Below, in pieces: positions 54,173 to 64,000 of a DNA stretch of 64,000 nt. Positions within the stretch are counted from its first letter, which is position 1; every line of letters starts with the position of its first letter. The position numbers and the translations under genes were made by a program. The notes beneath the pieces are model-generated. The model was not told the origin of the DNA, searched no databases, and saw only the letters and a program-made list of their open reading frames with translations. The DNA comes from Cercozoa sp. M6MM (taxonomy: Eukaryota; Protista; Endomyxa: Ascetosporea). Where the stretch lies: NCBI GenBank assembly GCA_040357565.1, contig JBDODJ010000022.1. One strand, written 5' to 3'.

Positions 54173-55120
54173 CTGCATCCTTTTCTGTTCATACACAAAT
54201 CACAGAACTCGCAATCGGAGCACGCTACATGCCGCATCAGGGGCTGATGCGACGAAACCCTGTGACCACACACTGCGGATGCTTGTCCGCCGCGCCTGCT
54301 GCATGCTGCGCGGAACGGCTATGCTTTCGACCCTCGGCTCAAACGATTGATTCCATCAGTGTTCCTGCTTGGTTTGTGCATGTATTTTGGCCCAAGATTT
54401 TACACCGCATACAGTGCACTCCCGACTAAGCCGGAAGCTACCAACACAACTGAGTACGCAGTCATGCTGCATTAATCGTGCTTCCGTATTCAATTTGGAC
54501 AGTAATTCCGGGAATCACCACTTAGTTCCCGGAAACGGGCTAATAGTTCCGGGAATCAGGATGTTGGGGGTACAATAGCGGAACACGATACTTTTTTTTC
54601 AGCACGTTTAACATAAATGTTAAACGAAACCTCCACATGCCTGTGTTGTGAGATTGTCAATGCAATTTTAGTGAAGAATGTAAGGTCGTTTAATTTCGTG
54701 TTCGTTCGACGTCCCAATAAACCGAAAGATATCAGAAGAGAGGAGGTCATCGAGACGTCATTACAGTTGAGAGTGTGAAGAGGTTTGTTCAAAGAGTTCA
54801 ACAAACAAAAAAAACCCTCTTGCCTGCTCAAGATAGAGCAAGTGAATTGCTTTGGTGTCAACAAGCACGGGGTACCTGATATCTGGAAAGAGGGCTGTTT
54901 TCAATTCTTGCAGCAGTTTCGAGCTGCTCGCCACCCTACCAAACACAGGGTATGCCAAGCACTCTATTGTTAAGTTTCCAGCTTCGAAAAACACTTCAAT
55001 TCTTATTTGGCATGACTGACATGTTACAGTAAGCCTGTACTACGCTCGGCCTATCCTTCAGCTATCAGGTAGCGGACTGGCAGTGACGTACGGTACTAGT
55101 CTATGCTATGTTACGCCAAT

Positions 55121-56469
55121 TTAGTTTGTGCAAAGCGGTCGGCGACACAGCGGGCAGGAAGGTGACACGGCGTTGGCGAGTCGCACGTGCAACCAGTGCC
55201 GAATGCAGGCCTCGTGGAAGCAGTGCTGGCACTCGAACACGAGCAGCTGGTCCTCATCCGTGTACTCCTCGAGGCACACGGCGCACGGGTCCTCCAGTGC
55301 GGCCCCTGACATACCCATCCGGTCATACAAATTTTAACAAAATGCACATGCCAGTTAACAGAATACAGCACCCCCAAAGGCGTGAGCGATGCGGCGCTTT
55401 CGCTCGGCGCCGCGAGTCACACGCACGGTAGGCGCGCCGCTTTCTGTGCTCGAAGCCACCTCAGTCGCTTCTTTCTCCCTTTGCGGGACGGCGCTCCTCT
55501 GGATGTACTCACGGCGCTTGGCACCAGTGATACGAACGCCGTGCAGCAGTGCCTTGTCCACTACGGTTTCCTTGCGTTGCCGGACGCTCTGTGCTAGGTA
55601 CTCCTGGTGTCGCTGCTCGGCACGCTCTCTCAACTGCACAAAGGGTAATTATTTATATAAATTAACTGATATACAAAGTACATGACTGGTACCTGGGCAC
55701 GTCGTTCGGCAATTCGTGCGCCGTAAGCGTCGGCACGGCGACGCAGTTCGTCGAGTTGCAAGCTGCGAGCGTCATCGCCGGCGCGTTGGACACACACCTC
55801 GGCGTGCAGGTCGTCGATCCAGTCGACGTAACCCGTGTGGTAGATCTCGGTCAGTACAGAGACCGTACGAGGACCGACGCCACGCAAGTCGATCATGTCG
55901 TTCACTTGATCCAGCGTCTTTAACGGCGTCTCCATGCCATCCAGCAAGTCTGCTGTTCGACGCCTGTATGTTTCAGTCAAAGAACCCCCAAAACTCATTG
56001 ACCCTATCGAGTTTGAGCAGACGAGGTTGGGGTACCAATGTCTCATTCGAAAGCGGTCGTTCTCGATCCACCTCAAGCGGTACAATTCACCCAGCATTCT
56101 GAAACAACCAAAGCCACATCAGAGACACCACTACAAGTGGAAACGGAAAACAGGACGAAACCTGCAAAGATGCGCCGCGCGAGGCCGAATGTCGTTTTCG
56201 CCTTCTCGCCAAGGCGTTGAGGCGCTTTGCCCGACAACAGCACTCACTCGTGCCGCAGTTTCAGTTAAAGCTGTCGCCGACTTCGTGTCTTGGTTTGAAG
56301 CAACCGGTGACTCTGAAGCTTTCGTCCGTCGCGGTTTTCGTGTCGCTTTCCGCTTTGCTGGTTGTGACTGCGTGCGCCGTCGCTTGGGTGCTGCTTCGCT
56401 TTGATCGCGCCTTTCGGAGACTCGTTTGCTCCGCCGCAACGCCGGTTTTGACCGTGTCGTCACTGGCAT
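55121..56469 (-). CDS. Protein with DNA polymerase X-type 8-kDa (HHH_8) domain, coiled coil and C-terminal RING-H2 finger
   Basis: Spliced sequence: MLGELYRLRWIENDRFRMRHWRRTADLLDGMETPLKTLDQVNDMIDLRGVGPRTVSVLTEIYHTG. RING-H2: CAVCLEEY..LLVFECQHCFHEACIRHWL...CPLCR. Confidence 0.75.
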
Positions 56470-56726
56470 CTGCGTTGCGAGCAACGGAAATGAGAAACGA
56501 GTTTCACACGCCACCTATCGAATAGCTTTAATGACACGCTTTGGTACCCTGAAGGCAGAATTAACTGTAAAAATGTGAAAATTACGACACTTCCCGGTAG
56601 TGTATCACAGAGCCAATGGCACTTTCAAACGGTCAAACTCGGTTGGTGCTCTTTTTGACGTGAGCGTTTCCCAACCCACATTTCTCCTGCCTCACTTTGT
56701 TAGCAAAGCTAAAGCGTACAGTAGCA

Positions 56727-58402
56727 ATGCCGCCTCGCAGAAAGAAGACACCCAAGGCTCCGCCGCCACCTGCCGAACCAGAAGATGAGGTGAATTTTGA
56801 TTAAAAAACCCGCCGCGCTTGTGCTCCTCCCAGTAACAGGAATTCTTGTGCACTGTAGTTCTTTTCGATGTCGGCAGACGAGTTGCGGAGCAGGGTCGAT
56901 GAACAAGAAAGTCAACTTCAGGAATTACGGGATGCGCGCGTTTTTGCGCAGCTAGAGCGCGATCGCGTCGCAGCGTTGCAGCGAAGTTCTCAGCGCGAGA
57001 GTCGCCGGCATGAGGCAGAGAAGCGCATTCTAGCTTCGCGTGTTGAAAAGCTGGGTAATTTGCATCGAAACAACATGCGGCTCCTAGAGCAGCGATTAAA
57101 GCACATTGAATTTCGTGCCGAACAGCAAGTCAAGGACCTCGAAGAAGAAGTGGAGCAACTCAGCAAGCAACAAGACGCGCAATACCACAACTCCGAGCTT
57201 CAAGCGCAGCAACAAAAATGCCAGAACCTGCAATTGTTGCAAGCAGCCACAGAAGCTGCAAAGGAACGACAGAAAAGAGTAGAGGAGGAGTTTCGAAAGG
57301 AGCGAGACGCTTTTGCCAAACAGATGCAAAAGGAGACGGTTGAGCTTGAAGATGAGTTGGCTGCTCGGGAAGCCGAGATAACTGACGAGTTAGAGCTGAG
57401 CCTTGAAGTGATCCGCACGGAGATGGAGGAGCGGTTCAATATCCACATCGCTCGTCTCGCGAGCAATCATGGAAACGCCTTTGAAAATCTGCGCTCGTAC
57501 TACAACCAAATAACTCGAGACAACTTGGCTCTTATAAAGGCACTGCGAAAGGAGATTGCGGACCTTGATGAGAACTACAGCCAGAACGACGAAAGTTTAC
57601 GTTCGGTTTCCGTCGAAAACCGGCAGCTCGAGGAACCTTTGCGACGGGCAGAGCAGCGCTACCTCGACCTGAAAAAGAAACTTCAGAACTTTGACATTGT
57701 ACGTTTCGTGTATAAAATTTATCCCGCAGCCTTGAGCGTAGTCGATGTATTGAGTTGTTTTCGCAGGACAAAGCATCATTAGAGCGCGCAAAGAGAAAAA
57801 TACGACGAACCGACCAGGAAATCTCGAAACTACGTGAGTCAACTCACGACAAGCAACATGAGTTGAAGTCGCTTCAACAGAAACAACGGACCATGGCGCG
57901 TTCGATCGAAATCGTGTCGACAGTAGGAGAAGGAAACCGAACAAATACTACTTCTAAGACAAGCAGATCAACAGGAACGAAGTCCGTCCACTTTGCTGCA
58001 GCGTCGATGGCACCTTTGTCTGCACAAGAACAGACGAACACGGTGCTCAAGGCGAAAATTACCGAGTACGAGAGCCAGCTTCGACAAAAGCACAGGTTTC
58101 TCGCCGAAGTTGTGGAGACCCACAACTTAGACGTACGCGAAGCTAATAGAATTGCGGAAGAAGTGAGCTCAGTGCTCGAAACCAAACGAACGACTGCAGA
58201 AGAGCTGCAGCTGCGCGCCGACAAGCTAACAAAGGCGCATGATGACTTGATCGCACTGATGAGTTCACGGCTTGCTGTGTACGGAATCTCGATGGAAGAG
58301 TACGGTCTTAAGCCAATCGTCAAGCCCGGAGCTACGAGTGATCCATCGCTGCCGACGCAAACAACCATGCCCAGCGGCTTCGCCGTGTCATCAAACGCAT
58401 AA
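56727..58402 (+). CDS. GAS8: Dynein regulatory complex subunit 4 (GAS8/trypanin)
   Basis: MPPRRKK start, RVFAQLERDRV, AFENLRSYYNQITRDNLALIKALRKEI, ENRQLEEPL, DKASL and KAHDDLI. Confidence 0.9.
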
Positions 58403-58942
58403 ACTGAATAGCACCAAACTTCCTCTTTCTGCTGTCACATACTGTGCGCTCCATGGACTCGGATCAACAGCGAACTACTGTATCTAAATACAGATTTAGA
58501 GCCGAGTTTCCACGGAAATGCGAGAAATGGTAGTTGTCTTCTGACGTTCTACGCTAAGTGGTAGCCATGCAGCCACACGTTTCTTCCAGCTAGGAACGGT
58601 AGTACAGTCTGCTAAGAAACCAACTACTGTATGCAGTTCCCCTGGGGCTGGGTCAGAAGCACATAGCCGTTGTCAACCGCCCGCTTGAAGTGGCGCCATC
58701 CAACTCCCCAGGACGTCCGGTCTTCTTCGAGGTTGCGTTGATACGTACCATTAGGAACGGTACTTCCCGTACTCCAGTCGAGTAATATAACTACTAAACC
58801 TCACGTAGGTAGATATAAAATGTACGTGTAGTACGTACGGTAAGCGAACGGAAGTTCACGTCCGGTCCGGTCATGTCGGTCAGGGCGATTCCAGATCGAT
58901 TCGCTTCCGTTCACAGTAGAAATTCAATTCTTTGGCTTGGGG

Positions 58943-60496
58943 CTACAGCGACGCTTTGCCGAAAAGCGCGGCACCAACAAGCGACACGGCCTCGCCGGCG
59001 CAACCGAAGCACAGCATGGCACCGCTTCCACCGTGACCGTAGTTGTGCACAACAATGGTGCCGTTTCGTGTTGCAAGTTCCACACGTGGCCCACCTTCCC
59101 GCACAGGTCTAATGGCGAAAGGATACTTATGAAGCACATCACAGATAGCTGGTTCAATCCGAGGTACCGCAGACCGACGAACTCGCCGAGCACAGTGCCC
59201 TGCTTGAGTTGTGGGACAGCTCGCGTAGCGCGTTCCCAGATGCGCTTGCTCATGTCCTTGTTGACAGTACGATCCGTGCTGTCTGGGGAGGCATCGTTGC
59301 CAACAACATAGGTGTTGTTGCACCTATTGAATTCGTCTCATCAAAGAGAAACACGAGTTTATAAACACACATACCGCGGAAGCACAATGGTCGGCGATGA
59401 GGGCGCACTCTTGCGGTTCTGTCCCCAGAAACCAAAGCCCTCCATCGAGGGAGGTCCCTTGACCAGCAAAACCTGGCCACGCATCGGCTTTGTCGCATTA
59501 AAGTCGTCTCCTGGAGACAGCCAAACAATCAAAATTGGTGAGAGACATGGATATGCAACATGCAAACACACCAGCGAGCTGTGATGCACCGAGTCCAGCA
59601 CAGTTGGCCACGACATCAAAATGAGCACCCAACACGTCAAGGCTCGTAACTTTGGCATAGACAAAAACGTCCTGTCCAAAAGGTGACAGCGAGGCCACTT
59701 TTTCCCTGCAAAGCACTTGCACTTTTCAAGCACTAGTGAATGGAAATCCGGTACCTCAAGTACGGCATGAACTTTGACATGTCGAAGAAGAGCGAGTCGA
59801 AAGTGAAGCCGCTGACGCTGCCTTTAAGTCTCAGTTCCTCCTAGCAAGCGTTTTCGTACAAGGTCTACCTTGTGCCTGTGCCACAGAGGGAATATCTCTA
59901 CCTTGGAGGCACGTCGGAAGTTGCGCACGACAGAGGCCCACCACGGCACCTCTTTCTCGCTATCGTACTCGCGTAGACCGTGCTCGAATCTAGCTCCTGT
60001 ATCACAGGACCCCATATTCAACACACCTTCTGTTGTTTGCGAGTGCTGGCAAGTGTACCATGCAACGACACATCCTCGGTGGCCGCCAGGGTCTCGAAAC
60101 GACGGTAGGTGTCCACGGCGAAGCGGCGCAGTCGCTGCGGATCCTCAGCACCGCCGTCATACGAAGGGTACCTGACACACTCACTATAGATAAAAAACGT
60201 ATAACACACAGGTCAGAGAGACAACATACCACCAAGCACAAGCGACGTTGCTGACTTGAAGCTCCTTTGGGTCTTTTGTCTGGAGTTTTTGCCATCAAAA
60301 TCACACGCTTGTCAGTTGAATAGTACAGGGTCGAAGTCACTGATGACATGCAGGTTAGTGAAGCCGCGCTGCAAGAACTCGAGCGCCGTGGAGAGACCGC
60401 TGACGCCGTTCCCGACGACCTACACAACGTCAATAAGAATCTGCTTTTTGTTGGACAAGGCAAACTCACCGCAACACGAACTTGCGATCTGTCCAT
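58943..60496 (-). CDS. DAO: D-amino acid / D-aspartate oxidase
   Basis: VVGNGVSGLSTA (FAD fold), VVANCAGLGA, PMRGQV, VGLR|PVREGG and VVHNYGHGGSG. PTS1-like ASL* end. Confidence 0.9.
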
Positions 60497-60656
60497 GACA
60501 ATTCAGGCAGTGCTAAACTGCGAGAGTAACAGCCGTTAGTGCAGACAATCATTGTTTTTTTCAGGTGGCTACGGACCCGCACCCGAGCGATTTTTCACTG
60601 TGACTACTGTAGTAGACTCTACGCGTCTTCTGGTTTGTGCTGACAAGTGCTCGCTA

Positions 60657-63048
60657 ATGCCGCGTGTCACATTGGGCCAGCTTATGGAGGCGGCGGACGA
60701 CTCGTTCGCCGTCGCGAGCTTTCCGGTGGGTCAGCATGTGTCGATCTCCATCAGTTTTCTGTCGCAGCGTGCTGCACCATTTTGTTTTGTGTCGACAGGG
60801 TGGCGTGCCGGGCGAAATCAGCGAAAACGATATCTCCTTCAGCATGTTCCGACCAACGTAAGCTTGTGATAGTTACTGCCGTATTTGCCGAAGACTGGTC
60901 GGATATGAGAGTGTCTTTGCGTGTAGCATGGGCGGTTCTGCGCACCAGCGAGAGCGCCGACGCGCGATTGCGGCGCAAACGAGTGTCGCTCGTTTCGAGG
61001 TAGAAGCTTTGTGTGCTGTTGTTTCGCTTGGAGTGCTGGCTTGTTGAAGCATGTGTATGTGTGTGTGTATGTGTGTATGTGTATGTGTGTGTGTCGTACA
61101 GGGCGAGAACTGCGACGACGAAGCGCGCGATGCGTGCGCCTACGTTCCGCACTACGCGGTCGGCGTAAGTTTTCTGAGTTGCTTCGTTTTGAGTTGCTTC
61201 GCTTTGAGTTGCTTTGAGTTGAGTTGGGTTGAGTTGCTTTGCTTGGGTTGCTTTGCTTAGTTGCTTTGCTTGAGTTGCTTTGCTTTAGTTGCTTTGCTTG
61301 AGTTGCTTTGCTTGAGGCTTTGCTTGAGTTGAGTTGAGTCGAGTTGAGTGGCTTTGGCACGTGCGCAGATTTTCAACGGCAAGGACAAGCTGTCGCTGCT
61401 GTTCTCGCAGAAGCGACTGGCCTTCACGGTGCACCAGTTGCCCAACACAAGTCTCGACGAGGCCGCGAAGGACAAGAAGGCCAAGGGTGCCAACGCTCGC
61501 GAGGCACGCGCAGAACTTATCGAAGCGTTCGGCAGTCAGAAGAAACGTCGCGGTCTCTCGGTGGCCAAGGCCAACGCACTCGACACCAAGACCGGTCTCT
61601 CGGTCGGTTCTGTCAAGGTACAGTCTCTATCCTGCCACCTTTACCCCTACCCTTGTACTCTACATTCCTTCCATTTACCCCTCCCCTTGACCCCTTCACC
61701 CCATAGAACGCACTTAGTCTCGCTGCCGAGGCCTCTGTGCGCAGGTACTCTTCACCCCTCCCTCATTTAGCCCCCACCACCTTTATCTTGCACCCCTGTA
61801 GAGACGAAGAGCGTGAGGCACGCGAGTTCAGTGATTCGCGTCTGCCGCCCTATGCGGCCTTGTTGCCCGGCATTGACCTCACGGCGCAGAACGTAATCCA
61901 TGCCCCCTTCCTCCTACCTACCCTTTGCCTCCTCTATTACCTACCCGTTGCCACCTGCAGGCCAGAGCGATCTACGCCTACACGGGCATGGTGCCGCAGC
62001 AGCTGCACGCGGCGCTCAAGGACAACTGCAAGGCGCTTGAGAAGGCCGCCAAGCGCGCGCGCAAGCAGCCGACGTCAGACTTGGCCAAGTTGGTACCACG
62101 CAGCCTTTACCTGGGGGAGGGGGTCTGCCTGGACCTTTCACTGACCGTCTCTGGTCTGTACTGGTCCATGTGTACTGTCTGTACGACCTGTGTTTGTACA
62201 GCTGGGCGAACAGTACGGCTCGCTGTGCATTCGACTCGTCGATGCCGCCCGGAAGGCCAGCGATGTATGCAATACTTGGGTGTGGGGGTGGGGTAAGGGA
62301 GTATAACTGGTGTACAGGCGACCGAGCGCGAGGTGCGCTCGCGTTGCGCCCTGCTGATGGGCGTGCTGGTGTGCCTCATGAAGCGGCGCAGCAAGGGCTT
62401 CTCCAAACGGCAGGAGATGCTGCATTTTGTGCAGTTCGACAGTCACAACGGCGCTCCCGAGGACCTCTCCACCGAGGTGACTGCCTGTTATTCGTGTTTA
62501 TACCCCCTTTACCCCCCCCCCCCCGTTTATCCCCGGTGACAGATGCCTGAGGAGCTGCAACTGTGGCTAGAGAAACGCTTCGTGGAGCGTGCACGCGGAC
62601 GCTCGCTGCGTTTCTCCAAGAGCTCGCTCAATGCCCTGGTCATGTGGGCCTGCATCCTGGCCTTGCACGGTGTGCCTATCCTTTCCCTATGTTAGACCTA
62701 CTTCACCTCCTTTACTGACTCGTATTGTGTGCACAGCGAGTGGCACGTGTCACCTGGACCACGACTTATGGCAGCAGCTCGGCAAGGACCTCGGTCTGAC
62801 GACGTCCAAGATTCGCACCTTCTTCCAGCAGATCGGCGCGCGTCTGTCGTCGCCCGCGGCCACCAACACGTCGCTCCGCCTGCCCAGCAAGGGCGAGAAA
62901 CTCCGCTTCCCGGGTACCCTCACTCCCTGTCTAACCACAAGTTTCACTTACTGTGTGTCTTGCTCACTGTGTGTCTTGTTTACTGTGTGTCTTGCTTTCT
63001 GACGTGACAGGTCCAGGCATTGGCGGCAAGAGACGCCGCGGTCGCTAA
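60657..63048 (+). CDS. POLR1E: RNA polymerase I subunit RPA49/PAF53
   Basis: VASFP|GG, YAVG|IFN, ARAELIEAFGSQKKRR, LPP, LGKDLGL..KIRTFFQQIGA and LRLP..LRFP...KRRRGR*. Confidence 0.8.
61171..61350 (+). repeat. Intronic degenerate (GAGTTGCTTTGCTT)-type minisatellite
   Basis: Built from GAGTT/GCTTT pentamers inside an RPA49 intron. Confidence 0.9.
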
Positions 63049-63287
63049 ATCCTCTGAAAATTAACGCACCGAAGCTGGACAGACTATGCGTACCGTAGGT
63101 ACTACTGCGCTAGCTAATTTGTTAGTTGTGGACGTAAACGACGCAACGCTCGTCGGCACATGATGCCCGGTACCGGTCGTGCCAGGTTCGATTTCCCGGC
63201 AAATCCCTTTAGTCGAGTGGAACACACGTTTCCCTTGGACTATTGCCTTTGACAATTTTGCCCATCACTGGGAGTCCCAAGTCAGTC

Positions 63288-63357
63288 CCAACAAAAATGC
63301 AGTTTCCCAGTAAAGTCCAAGTAGAGTCCCTTTAGCTGGGCACTGCATTTTTGTTGG
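63288..63357. repeat. Short inverted repeat / MITE-like hairpin
   Basis: CCAACAAAAATGCAGT (63288-63303) pairs with ACTGCATTTTTGTTGG (63342-63357). An inner CCCAG/CTGGG pair extends the stem. Confidence 0.75.
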
Positions 63358-63458
63358 ACACACATTTCCCTTATCATGTTCGATACTTTGATATGATACG
63401 GGCGTACGTAGTAACTACAGTAGTGCGGTGGCTGAGGCAATTGACAAGTACGCCCGTG

Positions 63459-63890
63459 TTAGACACCGAGCCGTCCGAGCACGTAGGCGAAGAGAATGGC
63501 GGCCACAGCGAGGGCGAGCGGTTGGCGCCACAGCGGCGTCTGGCCGTCCAATCGCAGCGCGAACAGGTCGCTCAACGAGGCCGCGCGGTCCTCCTGCAGC
63601 ATCATACGCGAACCGGCCTGCACAGATACGCCGAAAGTGTAACATAAGAACATGGAAATTAAGGGGGGTACTCTCTTCTCAAGCGCGGCGTTGGAGACTT
63701 CGAGCTGCTGCACGCGCGCCTCACTTTGCGTCAGTTGCTGCACCAGCGTCTACACAGCACACAAGGTCTTGGCCTCTAAGCTGTTTCCTGTGAACCCGTT
63801 GGAGTACCTCCTTGGCCTCGGTGGCGATCTGCACGCGACGACGCAGTTCAGTCGCATCTTGCTTGAGCTGGTCGACTTCTTCCTCCAGCT
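63459..63890 (-). CDS. 3' part of a coiled-coil, tail-anchored membrane protein (continues beyond the window)
   Basis: Heptad exons LEEEVDQLKQDATELRRRVQ and QQLTQSEARVQQLE. C-terminal transmembrane segment LALAVAAILFAYVLGRLGV*. Confidence 0.7.
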
Positions 63891-63915
63891 ACATCAAAGC
63901 AAGAGGCAGCTAAGA

Positions 63916-63954
<39 letters not shown>

Positions 63955-64000
63955 CATCTGTGTGTGTACAGGAAAAGGCTTAGAGGCAAAAACCGTGTGG

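Larger units (their letters stand above)
52676..54570. mobile_element. Non-autonomous TIR DNA transposon (~1.9 kb) flanked by TA, with subterminal TTC-N3-GAA repeats
   Basis: Left TA|CCCCAACATCCTGATTCCCGGAA (52676-52698). Right TTCCGGGAATCAGGATGTTGGGGG|TA (54547-54570). This is a 23-bp perfect inverted repeat. Seven left and three right subterminal motifs. Confidence 0.85.

Noticed and set aside
58500-58900. Repeated TAGGAACGGTA and GTAC-rich palindromes, possible small gene MTGPDVNFRSLT…
   Set aside because: Too short and unstructured to call; no consistent reading frame or element boundaries.
63150-63210. GGTTCGATT T-loop/B-box-like motif suggesting a tRNA or SINE
   Set aside because: No acceptor stem, D-arm or anticodon arm could be built, and there is no clear A box.

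Overview
Gene-dense, very intron-rich eukaryotic DNA. Introns are short GT-AG, mostly about 50-100 nt, and the genetic code is standard (TAA, TAG and TGA all end genes). AHI1 and GAS8/DRC4 point to a flagellated protist; the exact lineage cannot be determined from this window. The window opens inside an RNase H-bearing non-LTR retrotransposon (APE-RT-RNase H-CCHC) with two frameshifts, a strongly base-paired 3' UTR and a (CTAA)n tail. About 20 spliced host genes follow, many in tight head-to-head pairs. Recognisable ones are TFB4/GTF2H3, an IPC/sphingomyelin synthase, a SAP + CENP-C-type cupin protein, an MPP6-like protein, AHI1, ABHD4/5, a 34-kDa actin-bundling protein, a class III CoA-transferase, Hsp104 with a perfect heat-shock element, an SLC25A32-like carrier, WDR46/UTP7, a stomatin-like protein, an acidic CaaX protein, a polyQ multi-SAP protein, a DHHC palmitoyltransferase, a PolX-8kDa(HhH)-RING fusion, GAS8, D-amino acid oxidase and RPA49. 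The most notable items are: (1) a ~1.9 kb TIR element (52676-54570) with phased TTC-N3-GAA subterminal repeats that carries a decayed spliced non-transposase gene; (2) the PolX N-terminal domain fused to a RING-H2; (3) the SAP-cupin CENP-C-like protein; (4) the structured LINE 3' end; and (5) regionally clustered (TACCC/TTACCCC)-type intron repeats. All gene models were spliced by eye, so boundaries are approximate and family calls rest on remembered motifs, not database searches.
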